This document shows, one piece after another, positions 30,954 through 40,732 of a DNA stretch of 64,000 bases. The notes under the pieces are model-generated. The model had not been told where the DNA came from and made no database searches. It saw only the letters and a list, made by a program, of their open reading frames with translations. Every line of letters begins with the position of its first letter. The first letter of the stretch is position 1. Origin of the DNA: a virus; the IMG/VR virus record IMGVR_UViG_3300005913_000002; one strand, given 5' to 3'. A program made the translations under genes and the position numbers.

Positions 30954-31393
30954 TGAGAAATACTGCCAAAGGAAGATATCAAATTAAAAACCCTGAAAAG
31001 TATAGAGGGGCATCGGATCCAATCTATAGATCAAGTTGGGAACTTACTTTTATGATGTTCTGCGATAACAATCCTTCAGTAGTAGAATGGGCAAGCGAAG
31101 GGGTCAAAATACCTTACAGAGATCCGTTAACTGGAAGAAATACTGTCTATGTTCCAGATTTTTTAATTGTATATCTTGATAAAAATCAGCGAAAACATGC
31201 AGAATTAATTGAAATAAAACCAATTAATCAAACTGTTAAAGAAGCCGTAGGCAAAAATCCAATGAATCAAGCACAGTACGTTAAAAACATGGCAAAATGG
31301 GAAGCAGCAAATGCTTGGTGTAAACGATACGGAATGAAATTTCGTGTTGTAAGCGAAAATGATATTTTTCACAATCCGAATAAGAGACGATAA
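30953..31393 (+). CDS. gp4: head completion nuclease, T4 gp4-like (TnsA-type PD-(D/E)XK)
   Basis: NPEKYRG..YRSSWE..FCD.NP.V..WASE..YVPDF..EIKP..KWEAA. Confidence 0.9.
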   Translation: MRNTAKGRYQIKNPEKYRGASDPIYRSSWELTFMMFCDNNPSVVEWASEGVKIPYRDPLTGRNTVYVPDFLIVYLDKNQRKHAELIEIKPINQTVKEAVGKNPMNQAQYVKNMAKWEAANAWCKRYGMKFRVVSENDIFHNPNKRR

Positions 31394-31401
31394 GTAATAT
31401 T

Positions 31402-31884
31402 ATGACCAAGAAATTAGAAGAACTTTTTAATTTATTAGAATCTGAAACAATAGATCCTGTAGAGTCTGCTGATCAAACTCCGATTGAACCTCCTGTGTTA
31501 TCTTTACAGGAAAAATTAGAAGAATTTGATAAAATATCAGCAGCGTTGCCTAGAGTTAAAGGGCTAGGAGATATAAGTGACTCTGAATTAGATGCACTGG
31601 CTAACAAAGCAGAAAAAGCCTATGACGATCTAATGGATTTAGGTATGAATGTCGAAGCACGCTATGGATCTAGAATGTTTGAAGTAGCAGGTAACATGTT
31701 AGGACAAGCAATTGCCGCAAAATCTGCTAAAATCGATAAAAAATTAAAAATGGTCGAACTGCAACTTAAAAAATATGCAGTTGACAAGAAAAATGGTGAT
31801 ACAACACCGACCGAAATTCACGCTCAAGATGCGATTGTTATGGATCGTAATAGTCTACTTGAAAAATTAAAGAACTTGAAATAA
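31402..31884 (+). CDS. putative terminase small subunit (gp16-like)
   Basis: RMFEVAGNML..DKKLKMVELQLKK resembles T4-like gp16 core; near terminase large subunit. Confidence 0.5.
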   Translation: MTKKLEELFNLLESETIDPVESADQTPIEPPVLSLQEKLEEFDKISAALPRVKGLGDISDSELDALANKAEKAYDDLMDLGMNVEARYGSRMFEVAGNMLGQAIAAKSAKIDKKLKMVELQLKKYAVDKKNGDTTPTEIHAQDAIVMDRNSLLEKLKNLK

Positions 31885-31905
31885 ATACAGCATAGGAACA
31901 TCGTC

Positions 31906-32421
31906 ATGAGATCATTTAAAGAATATCTAACAGAATCAGTTAAAAAGTACAACTTTAAAATTAAAGTTGCACACGAATGCAACACTGCATCAGAGGCAAA
32001 GTTAAAAGGCTTACTTGAGCGGTTTAGTGTATCAGAATTTAAAAAATTAGGTAAGACACCAATTCAAGAACTTCCATTGGATTTTCCTACTTTAAGAAAT
32101 CAAGAAGTGCATATTTACGAAGTGTCGTTAGGTTATCCAACTACTCCCCAAGAACTAACAGAATATATAAGTTCTAACATGGGTATAAGCGCACAGCGTT
32201 TAGTAGTTAGAAATCCAGGAGAGCCGGGTGAGGAATACCAAACACCTGTAGAAAAAAGAGAAGGTGCTCTGTTAGATGATAGTGAATATAAAGAATCTAC
32301 TAATGCTAATCATGACGATTACTACGGTGAAGCCTACAATACTAAATTCTTAAAAGGAATTAGTGACGAATTAAAACAGCAGCGCAAGGCTCGCGGGGAA
32401 CAAATCCCTTCAGGAGAATAA
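31906..32421 (+). CDS. probable internal head protein
   Basis: N-term MRSFKEYLTE resembles T4 capsid-targeting sequence; TAAATA at 31882. Confidence 0.5.
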   Translation: MRSFKEYLTESVKKYNFKIKVAHECNTASEAKLKGLLERFSVSEFKKLGKTPIQELPLDFPTLRNQEVHIYEVSLGYPTTPQELTEYISSNMGISAQRLVVRNPGEPGEEYQTPVEKREGALLDDSEYKESTNANHDDYYGEAYNTKFLKGISDELKQQRKARGEQIPSGE

Positions 32422-32432
32422 GGAAAAATATT

Positions 32433-33539
32433 ATGCAAATGATTAACGTATTAAAAAGACTAGCAGAATTGGATGCAAAGAATCCAAACATTGCAAAACC
32501 AGTTCTAAGGGCCGACAAGTCTTTAGCAGAAATATCTGAAACTCCAAAAATTGTTTCTGAAGGCGTTCGACTGCCTAATATTTCAGAACCTGATTTAGCA
32601 GGATTACGAACACTAGCAGGTACTCGACAATTAAATGAATCAACTGTTGCAGAATACGGTATGGGAATGCCTATGGCACCTGCAGTACCGCAAATGCCTG
32701 CAACTATTAATATGAGCGCAGGCAGTGCTAACGAAATTGTTAGTATGTTTAGAGGCATTATGGATCTTGCAAAAAGTGACGGCATTCCTACACAAGCAGC
32801 GTATCCTGGAATGGGCGCACCAATGCCGAGCCTAACACCTCCAATGGGCGGCATGGAAGAGCCTGCTGATCCAGTTGGGTTAGATCGTGACGGAGACGGC
32901 GACCATGATATAGGAGATCATAGCATGGAACCTATTGACGATACAGGCGGCGATGAATTAGCAGACATGATGAAAAAATTACAAACTGGTGAGCCAGTTA
33001 AGATTAAAACAGACATGCCTGTTAAAGTAAGTACAGACGATGATGTTACGGCTACTACTGATAAAGAAGTCACATCAACTGATGATAACATGAACAAAAA
33101 AGAAGAAGGTAATGCATTTAGCGGTGCTTTGGCACAAGCAAAAGCCGGTGGCGAGGATGATTTTAAAGTTGGCGACAAAAAGTTTGATGTTGAAAGTTAT
33201 GCAAACAGCCCTGAAGAAAAAACAAAAGGATATAATCCAAACGATTTTGCTAATATCATTAACAAAGTACGATCAGCCGATTTAGAAACAACTCCATACG
33301 GTAGTGCATCAAATCCAATGCCCAACGCCACGGATGAAGAAGAAAGAATGGGTGAAAGTGTTGAAGATCGATTAATGGCCGAATACAAAGCATTTATGGC
33401 AGAAGGCGAAAAGACTATGAGTCGTGCAGCCAAAGGCATGATGAAGTATGGTAAAAAAGGCATGAAAGAATTAGCCGATGCTGGTAAAAAAGGTAAAGAC
33501 CTTGAACCGATTAGAGCCAAGTATAACAAGTACGATTAA
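32433..33539 (+). CDS. acidic low-complexity head-associated (scaffold/internal) protein
   Basis: Asp/Glu/Met-rich, DRDGDGD loop, AAGGA RBS. Confidence 0.45.
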   Translation: MQMINVLKRLAELDAKNPNIAKPVLRADKSLAEISETPKIVSEGVRLPNISEPDLAGLRTLAGTRQLNESTVAEYGMGMPMAPAVPQMPATINMSAGSANEIVSMFRGIMDLAKSDGIPTQAAYPGMGAPMPSLTPPMGGMEEPADPVGLDRDGDGDHDIGDHSMEPIDDTGGDELADMMKKLQTGEPVKIKTDMPVKVSTDDDVTATTDKEVTSTDDNMNKKEEGNAFSGALAQAKAGGEDDFKVGDKKFDVESYANSPEEKTKGYNPNDFANIINKVRSADLETTPYGSASNPMPNATDEEERMGESVEDRLMAEYKAFMAEGEKTMSRAAKGMMKYGKKGMKELADAGKKGKDLEPIRAKYNKYD

Positions 33540-33554
33540 TAAAATGGTTTAACC

Positions 33555-33582
33555 AAATAGGCTCTTCGGAGCCTATTTTTTT
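33555..33582 (+). terminator. rho-independent terminator with UUCG tetraloop
   Basis: AAATAGGCTC-TTCG-GAGCCTATTTTTTT. Confidence 0.9.
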
Positions 33583-33596
33583 CATTAAATAATAGC

Positions 33597-35180
33597 ATGG
33601 CTACAAAAAACTTAGAAAGCAAACTGATTAAATCAGCGCATATTACCCAGAGATTTTCTGAGGATGATATTGCAAATTTAATAAAGTGTCAAGACCCTAA
33701 AACAGGTGCTGCACATTTTCTTAGAAACTATTTTTATATTCAACATCCTACTAAAGGTAAAATTCAATATCAAGCATTTGATTATCAAGATGACCTTTTA
33801 CAAAGTTATAACGATCACCGATTTAGTGTGAATATGTTAGGACGCCAAATGGGCAAAACTACTACTGCTGTTGGATACTTACTTTGGTACGGAATGTTTG
33901 TTCCAGATAGTACTATTTTAATTAGTGCGCACAAATATACAGGTGCTCAAGAAATTATGCAACGATTGCGATATGCATACGAAACTTGTCCCGATTGGAT
34001 TAGAGCAGGAGTTACAAGTTATAACAAACAGAGTATTGAATTCGACAACGGTAGTCGTATTGTTGCACAAACTACAACAGAAACTACCGGTCGAGGTATG
34101 TCTGTATCGTTACTATACTGCGATGAGTTTGCGTTTGTCGAACCTAACATAGCCACAGAATTCTGGACTTCAATTTCGCCTACTCTTGCAACTGGCGGTA
34201 AGGCAATTATCACTTCTACTCCTAACTCAGACGAAGATCAATTTGCCAGCATTTGGAAAGAAGCCAACAAGAGATTTGACGAATTTGGGAACGACACTGC
34301 GTTAGGTAAAAACGGTTTCAGTCCTTTTAAAGCAGTATGGAGCCAGCATCCTGACAGAGACAAAAAGTGGGCAGATGAAGAAAAAAGTCGAGTAGGCGAA
34401 GAAAGATTTCGACGAGAGCATGAATGTGAATTTATTATCTTTGATGAAACACTAATTAACAGCCTTAAATTAGCCACTATGGAGGGCAAAGAGCCGGTTG
34501 TTAAAATGGGGCAAGTCCGCTGGTATAAAAAAATTAATCCTCAAGCAATTTATACGGTTGCACTAGATCCTAGTTTAGGCACAGGTGGCGACCCAGCCGC
34601 CATACAAATTGTCGAATTGCCTGCATTAGAACAAGTAGGAGAGTGGAGCCACAATACTACTCCCATTCAACAGCAAGTTAGGATACTTCGAGATATTTGC
34701 AAATACATTGAACAACATTGTGGCAGCGGAAGATCATTAGGTCAAATTTACTATTCTGTAGAAAATAATGCAGTTGGGGAAGCCGCGATTGTTGCAATTA
34801 ATGAGATGGGGGAAGATACTGTTCCGGGCATGTTCCTAAGCGAACCTATTAAGAAAGGACATGTTAGGCGTTTCCGTAGAGGTTTTAACACTACTAACGT
34901 ATCTAAAATATCTGCATGTGCTAAGTTTAAACAACTTATTGAAACTGACAAACTTACTGTTCACAGCAAAGCATTAATTAGCGAAATGAAAACATATGTG
35001 GCAAAAGGCGCTAGTTTCGAAGGCAAAACTAACGAAACAGACGACCTAGTGTCTGCTATGTTATTGTCAACCAGAATGTTGGTTATGCTAGGAGATTGGG
35101 ATACAACAGTATACGACAAAATAATGGAAGATCGTGCAATGGAAGATATGGACCTTCCGCTGCCTATTTACATCAGTTAA
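33597..35180 (+). CDS. terL: terminase large subunit, T4 gp17-like
   Basis: RQMGKTT Walker A, LLYCDEFAF Walker B, ITSTPN, FRREHECEF, ALDPSLG, DDLV. Confidence 0.95.
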   Translation: MATKNLESKLIKSAHITQRFSEDDIANLIKCQDPKTGAAHFLRNYFYIQHPTKGKIQYQAFDYQDDLLQSYNDHRFSVNMLGRQMGKTTTAVGYLLWYGMFVPDSTILISAHKYTGAQEIMQRLRYAYETCPDWIRAGVTSYNKQSIEFDNGSRIVAQTTTETTGRGMSVSLLYCDEFAFVEPNIATEFWTSISPTLATGGKAIITSTPNSDEDQFASIWKEANKRFDEFGNDTALGKNGFSPFKAVWSQHPDRDKKWADEEKSRVGEERFRREHECEFIIFDETLINSLKLATMEGKEPVVKMGQVRWYKKINPQAIYTVALDPSLGTGGDPAAIQIVELPALEQVGEWSHNTTPIQQQVRILRDICKYIEQHCGSGRSLGQIYYSVENNAVGEAAIVAINEMGEDTVPGMFLSEPIKKGHVRRFRRGFNTTNVSKISACAKFKQLIETDKLTVHSKALISEMKTYVAKGASFEGKTNETDDLVSAMLLSTRMLVMLGDWDTTVYDKIMEDRAMEDMDLPLPIYIS

Positions 35181-35196
35181 ACGCATAAATAGACTT

Positions 35197-36621
35197 ATGA
35201 ATATCATTGAAATAATTGCTCAAGACGTTTTTGACAAAGTTCGTAGTAGATTCTCTAATTTAGAGATGGGAGACGAATCAGGTGCAGTGACAAGCGCTCC
35301 TAAAGACGCAAGATTCTTTGACTTTGATTTTACTGTAGAAGGTAATAATCTAGGTCGTGTTAGTGTTTCTCTAAATGAATTAGGATCACTAAAAATATTC
35401 TACGGATACGATCTTGTAGAAGATGCAGATGCTATTTCTATGAGTATGTGGTATGATTTTTTAAAAGAAATGAGATTTTTTGCCAAACGTAGAATGTTAA
35501 GATTTGATACTAGAGATATTGCCAAAGGCAATCTTAACAAAAATGATTTTCAATATCTAGCACAAAATGGAACAAAGGAAAATAATATGAATGAGTCTAA
35601 CGGAATGTATGGAGGTCCAAAGACCAGTTTCCGTAAATTAGAAAATACATTACTTCGAGTACGTCACTCTAAAACAGTTGATGAAAATCAACGAGGCGCA
35701 AGAAGTAGAAATATCAATGCATTGTTTATTGAAAATGAAGCAGGCGAACGTTTTAAATATCCGTTTGTGCATTTAGCAGGTGCTAAAGCAATGCAACGAC
35801 ATGTTGCAAATGGTGGCCGACCGTACGATGATGTAGGTAATTCAATAATTGGAATGAGTGAACAAATTGCCCAATTAACTGCATTTAAACGCCATGTTGG
35901 AAATCATGACGGTATGAACGAAGAAGTAAATGAAATTTTAGAGCGTAGTCAACTAAAACTTAACAATCTTCGTAAAACAGTCGAAGGAATTTCAAAACAA
36001 GGTTTTTATCAACAATGGGTCGAAACAATCAATCCTGCTAATGATGAAGGATTTGTAATGGACCAAGCAACAATGGAAGATTACAAAAGTAAATTTACCG
36101 TTAAAAACTTTAAAGAAGACTTGACGCAGTATTTTCCTTTGATCCACAGCATTATGCAAGAAACAGGCGAAGTTGATTTAGAAGCATATGTTGCACATGT
36201 AGAAGAAGTTCAAGAATCTGAAGAAGATGAAATTCAACAAGTTGATGAGTTTTCTCAATTTGAAAATTGGGCAGACGACCTTACTGATCGTGATGCCGAA
36301 GATGAGGATAGTGAAGTAGTAGACGAAGCACCATATGATGAACAAGAAGGAATGGAAAACAAAGAGCCTACTCCAGAAAGACCAAATATGCGTGAAGTAG
36401 CAGAAGTGGTAAAATCATTTTACGATGCTTCTACTGGCAAGTTTCCAAAAGGTGAAACAGGAGTTATTACTCATATTAAAAAGCAGTTCGGCGATCACGC
36501 CGCAGCAGTAGCAGAACAGTTTGTTGGGCAGTTGTCGCAAAAAGGACAAGCACTTGAGCAACAACAAATGGATGCTCAACAATTTGAAGAAATCAAACGG
36601 TTAGCAGGCTTGGCAAAATAA
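35197..36621 (+). CDS. late hypothetical protein with acidic C-terminus (start moved to ATG 35197)
   Basis: Long ORF with TAAATA-N5-ATG. Confidence 0.6.
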   Translation: MNIIEIIAQDVFDKVRSRFSNLEMGDESGAVTSAPKDARFFDFDFTVEGNNLGRVSVSLNELGSLKIFYGYDLVEDADAISMSMWYDFLKEMRFFAKRRMLRFDTRDIAKGNLNKNDFQYLAQNGTKENNMNESNGMYGGPKTSFRKLENTLLRVRHSKTVDENQRGARSRNINALFIENEAGERFKYPFVHLAGAKAMQRHVANGGRPYDDVGNSIIGMSEQIAQLTAFKRHVGNHDGMNEEVNEILERSQLKLNNLRKTVEGISKQGFYQQWVETINPANDEGFVMDQATMEDYKSKFTVKNFKEDLTQYFPLIHSIMQETGEVDLEAYVAHVEEVQESEEDEIQQVDEFSQFENWADDLTDRDAEDEDSEVVDEAPYDEQEGMENKEPTPERPNMREVAEVVKSFYDASTGKFPKGETGVITHIKKQFGDHAAAVAEQFVGQLSQKGQALEQQQMDAQQFEEIKRLAGLAK

Positions 36622-36646
36622 AAATCATTTTTTGCAATCAATTAGG

Positions 36647-36693
36647 TTGCAACGATAAATAAAACTGTGTATACTTAATGTATGCACAGTTTT
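36647..36693 (+). promoter_or_regulatory. nested sigma70 and late promoter with inverted repeat upstream of ssb
   Basis: TTGCAA-17-TATACT; TAAATA at 36656; AAAACTGTGTATAC/GTATGCACAGTTTT inverted repeat. Confidence 0.6.
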
Positions 36694-36755
36694 TCTTTTT
36701 AGTCAGTTGGCTTTAAAGAAGCGGCATAATATAAAACATTTTAAGGAAAATCATT

Positions 36756-37769
36756 ATGGCAACTTTAGCAGAAATTCGAGCAAAACTTCAGGCATCATCT
36801 CAACAAAACACCGGCGGCTCAGCAGGTGGAGACAACGCAATTTACCCCCATTGGAACATCGCAGAAGGACAAACCGCAACGGTTCGTTTCTTGCCCGATG
36901 CCGATCCAAACAACACTTTTTTCTGGGTTGAACGTGCAATGATCAAATTGCCATTCGCCGGTATTAAGGGTGAAACAAACTCTAAACCCGTAACTGTGCA
37001 AGTTCCGTGTATGGAAATGTGGGGCGAAACATGTCCTATTCTTACAGACGTTCGCCCATGGTTCAAGGACAAGTCCTTGGAAGACATGGGTCGTAAGTAC
37101 TGGAAGAAGCGTTCTTACTTGTTCCAAGGGTTTGTTACTAATAGCGAACACAAAGAAGATGGCAAGACTCCCGAAAATCCAATTCGTCGATTCATTATCG
37201 GCAGTCAGATTTTTAATATCATCAAGGCCGCATTATTGGATCCAGACATGGAAGAATTGCCAACAGACAGTTTGCGTGGCGTTGATTTTCGCATTGTTAA
37301 AACTAGCAAGGGCGGTTATGCAGATTACTCTACCTCACAATGGGCTCGTCGTGAACGTGCTTTGAGTGAAGATGAACAGGCAGCACTCCAACAATATGGT
37401 ACGTTTAATTTGAAAGATTTCTTGCCTAAGAAGCCTGGCGAAGTTGAACTCAAAGTTATGAAAGAGATGTTTGAAGCATCAGTTGCCGTCGAAGCATACG
37501 ATCCAGATCGTTGGAGTCAGTACTTCAAGCCAGCAGGATTTAACGGCGGTAATACTGCTAATGCAGGATCTGCTCCTACTCCAAAAGCAGTAGCGACTCC
37601 AGTTGCAAAAGTAGAATCTGCTCCTGTAGTAGAAACTACATCTGCACCTTGGGAAGATGATGCCGCAGAAGCAGCGGCAAGTATTGCACCAGCAGCAGCG
37701 CCTGCAACTAGCGATGCGAGTTCACGAGCACAGGACATCTTGGCACGTATTAAATCACGTCAGCAATAA
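36756..37769 (+). CDS. gp32: single-stranded DNA-binding protein, T4 gp32-like
   Basis: VRFLP, CxEMWGETCP, G.DF.IVKT.KGGYADY.TS; heads recombination cluster. Confidence 0.85.
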   Translation: MATLAEIRAKLQASSQQNTGGSAGGDNAIYPHWNIAEGQTATVRFLPDADPNNTFFWVERAMIKLPFAGIKGETNSKPVTVQVPCMEMWGETCPILTDVRPWFKDKSLEDMGRKYWKKRSYLFQGFVTNSEHKEDGKTPENPIRRFIIGSQIFNIIKAALLDPDMEELPTDSLRGVDFRIVKTSKGGYADYSTSQWARRERALSEDEQAALQQYGTFNLKDFLPKKPGEVELKVMKEMFEASVAVEAYDPDRWSQYFKPAGFNGGNTANAGSAPTPKAVATPVAKVESAPVVETTSAPWEDDAAEAAASIAPAAAPATSDASSRAQDILARIKSRQQ

Positions 37770-37783
37770 TTTAGGAGATTAAA

Positions 37784-38839
37784 ATGGGAAAAGCATTTGA
37801 TATTTCTAAATTTAGAAAGTCAATTACTAAGTCTATTGACGGCTTAGGTATTGGCTTCAACGACCCGACTGATTGGATTAGTACTGGCAATTATGCTCTA
37901 AACTATCTAATCAGCGGCGACTTCCATCGCGGAGTTCCGATGGGTAAGGTAACTGTGTTTGCCGGTGAATCTGGTGCAGGTAAGTCATATATCTGCTCAG
38001 GTAACATTATTAAAGCAGCACAAGAACAAGACATTTATGTTGTACTGATTGACAGTGAAAATGCACTTGATCAAAAGTGGCTAGAAGATTTAGGCGTTAA
38101 TACTTCGGATGAAAAACTCCTAAAGTTGAACATAGCTATGATTGATGATGTAGCAAAAACTATTTCAGAGTTTATGAAAGAGTACAAAACAATGCCAGAG
38201 GACGAGCGTCCAAAAGTTTTGTTTGTTATTGATTCACTAGGCATGTTGTTAACTCCTACTGATGTTAATCAGTTTCAAGCGGGTGAAATGAAAGGTGATA
38301 TGGGCCGTAAACCTAAAGCACTAACATCACTTGTTCGTAACTGTGTCAATATGTTTGGTTCTTACAATGTGGGCATGGTGTGTACTAACCACACTTATGC
38401 GTCACAGGATATGTTTGATCCAGATGACAAAATTTCTGGCGGTCAAGGCTTTGTTTATGCATCAAGTATTGTCGTTGCTATGAAAAAACTCAAACTCAAA
38501 GAGGACGAGGACGGCAATAAAGTAAGCGATGTTTTAGGTATTCGATCTGCTTGCAAGATCATGAAAACTCGATATGCAAAACCTTTTGAAAGTGTGCAGG
38601 TTAAGATTCCATACTCGACTGGTATGGCGGCCACAAGCGGTCTTTTAGACATGTTTGAAAAGATGGGAGTCTTGACAAAATCAGGAAATAAGTTACAATA
38701 TATAAGTAAGGTATCTGGTGAAATTCATTCTTACTTCCGTAAAGGATGGACTGAAGACAACCTTAAAATTATTATGGGCGAGTGGAGTGAAGATTCTTTG
38801 CCCGTCCTTGCTAAAACTGTAACTGAGGAAGAAGTATAA
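37784..38839 (+). CDS. uvsX: RecA-like recombinase UvsX
   Basis: STGNYALN..SG, AGESGAGKS, IDSENA, VIDSLGML, TNHTY, SGGQG. Confidence 0.93.
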   Translation: MGKAFDISKFRKSITKSIDGLGIGFNDPTDWISTGNYALNYLISGDFHRGVPMGKVTVFAGESGAGKSYICSGNIIKAAQEQDIYVVLIDSENALDQKWLEDLGVNTSDEKLLKLNIAMIDDVAKTISEFMKEYKTMPEDERPKVLFVIDSLGMLLTPTDVNQFQAGEMKGDMGRKPKALTSLVRNCVNMFGSYNVGMVCTNHTYASQDMFDPDDKISGGQGFVYASSIVVAMKKLKLKEDEDGNKVSDVLGIRSACKIMKTRYAKPFESVQVKIPYSTGMAATSGLLDMFEKMGVLTKSGNKLQYISKVSGEIHSYFRKGWTEDNLKIIMGEWSEDSLPVLAKTVTEEEV

Positions 38840-39087
38840 TGGATGAAAGTTTAACTATGGAAATTTGGGATACATTTAAAGAATATATTCCAGAAAAAAA
38901 TAAAGAAACTGCTGCACATCAATATGTTGATTTTTTATTAAATCACGAAATTGAAATTGCTGAACTGGAAAGTTATATCGGTTATGACAATGCACTTGAT
39001 GTTGCTATCAGATCTGTAGTATCACAAGCAGCAGAGTGGGATGATCCAGAACCAGAGTTTGAAGACGAAGATAACGAGGAATACTAA
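38839..39087 (+). CDS. small acidic hypothetical protein
   Basis: Coupled between uvsX and uvsY. Confidence 0.6.
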   Translation: MDESLTMEIWDTFKEYIPEKNKETAAHQYVDFLLNHEIEIAELESYIGYDNALDVAIRSVVSQAAEWDDPEPEFEDEDNEEY

Positions 39088-39542
39088 TGAATTGGTACAG
39101 CAAAGTAAGTAAAGATATTGCTTACTTACCGGCTTGTATTGATTATTATTACTCTGAGTTAGAAGATGCGAAGAAAGAGGCTAAGATTTATGGTAACATA
39201 GAAAAAGCCTCTGCTTCTTTGCCAGGCATTGTAGCACAGCGATTTAACGAACTTCAAGAAATTGAAGGTATCCTTGAATACCTCAACATTGAATTACGTA
39301 GATTGCGATCAAAGACATTTAAAAAATACCTCGAAAATTATCAACGAGCATTGAGTTCGAGAGATGTTGAAAAATATGTTGACGGTGAAGCAGACGTAGT
39401 TGATATGGAAAAAATTATCAACGAGTTTGCATTGTTACGAAATAATTGGCTTGGCATCATCAAGGCTCTAGATATCAAACAGTGGCAAATAAGTAATATT
39501 ATCAAATTAAGAACAGCAGGAATGGAAGACGTTTCGTTATGA
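39087..39542 (+). CDS. uvsY: recombination mediator UvsY
   Basis: SSRDVEKYVDGE..IIKALDIKQWQISNIIKLRTAG; next to uvsX. Confidence 0.8.
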   Translation: MNWYSKVSKDIAYLPACIDYYYSELEDAKKEAKIYGNIEKASASLPGIVAQRFNELQEIEGILEYLNIELRRLRSKTFKKYLENYQRALSSRDVEKYVDGEADVVDMEKIINEFALLRNNWLGIIKALDIKQWQISNIIKLRTAGMEDVSL

Positions 39543-40732
39543 AACTTTATATCGAAGATTTGATGTGTAGATTAGGCAACGGTGGCCAGTACATGTTTTC
39601 AAACGGCACTGTAAAAGTCAGTTCGTTCGATCACAGTATTGTTTCTAACCTTTCTATGGCATGCGACGAACATCGCGGTCTTACTCTCAAGCAAAGAAAC
39701 GTTTCTATCAAGTTGTGTGAACGATATAAAGGCCAACTGATTGCAGCATTGGGCCAGGATGTTATCCCGGCGTTGGACAATCCGGAGTTCAAATCTCGGT
39801 TGTTAGAATCGTACATTCCTGTTTCGTCTATCGAAATTGAAGATAAGTGCATCAAGGTAAAATTTCCCTATAACGATAGTCTAGTGGCAAAAATTAAGAA
39901 ATATAAATCAGAGTATGCTGGACACAGAGTTAATTGGAATTCAGAAAACAAGTCTTGGGATTTTGATTTAGAAGAGGCTTCAGTTGTTTGGCTACAACAT
40001 AATATTGTTAATGATCAATATATCCTTGACCCGGCATTTAAACAACATTACGACAAGATCGCAGAAATTTTTGAGAAAATTGACAATTACGTACCTTGCC
40101 TGGATGTGATTGAAGATCAGTTTGTTTTTAGAAACGTACACACAAGTGTACCACAACCTAAAGTAAATGACCTTAAACATGTCATGTTGCTGGCACGAAT
40201 GTACGGAATTACTACCTGGTCTGAAAAGGTAGAAGAAATGGTTCAAAAGGCAAATTTTTCGCCTCTTTTTGAATCGTTTTTAACAAAAACTAACACGAAA
40301 GTGACAGAATTTGACTCAGAAGAATTTGCCATTGGTCAGTTTACTGACCTGTTCAAATACAATTTGCCTGCATTAATTGTTGTTCCGGGCGGTGATGAAC
40401 TACAGAGTTTGCGTACCTGGTATTTTTGGTTAAAATCACAAAATTTTGAAGAAAAAGACATTTCTGTGATGTTTAGACTAGATAACGGAAACGGTTCAGT
40501 CTTTAATGATCTTGTGAAAGAGTGTAAACTAAACAATCCCATTAGCGAAAATACAAAAGTTGTTTTCATTAGTCAGAAACTTCCAAAGCCTGTAGTAAAA
40601 TCTGGCCTGCAATTCAAATTTGTGGTTAATTTGAGTGCAACATGGAGTTCTCACTATAGTATCAACAGTTACATTGATACAATGTCTAATGTCATAAGAT
40701 ACGCTCCTACTAAGAAAGAAAAATTAAATTGA
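39539..40732 (+). CDS. hypothetical protein with HARP-like segment
   Basis: VKFPYN..LV.KIK..WN.ENK.W motif; coupled to uvsW. Confidence 0.45.
   Translation: MKLYIEDLMCRLGNGGQYMFSNGTVKVSSFDHSIVSNLSMACDEHRGLTLKQRNVSIKLCERYKGQLIAALGQDVIPALDNPEFKSRLLESYIPVSSIEIEDKCIKVKFPYNDSLVAKIKKYKSEYAGHRVNWNSENKSWDFDLEEASVVWLQHNIVNDQYILDPAFKQHYDKIAEIFEKIDNYVPCLDVIEDQFVFRNVHTSVPQPKVNDLKHVMLLARMYGITTWSEKVEEMVQKANFSPLFESFLTKTNTKVTEFDSEEFAIGQFTDLFKYNLPALIVVPGGDELQSLRTWYFWLKSQNFEEKDISVMFRLDNGNGSVFNDLVKECKLNNPISENTKVVFISQKLPKPVVKSGLQFKFVVNLSATWSSHYSINSYIDTMSNVIRYAPTKKEKLN

Noticed and set aside
37485-37490. GCCGTC (Ala-Val) in ssb could be a micro-inversion of GACGGC (Asp-Gly)
   Set aside because: Rests only on my recollection of homologs; no flanking inverted repeat; needs an alignment
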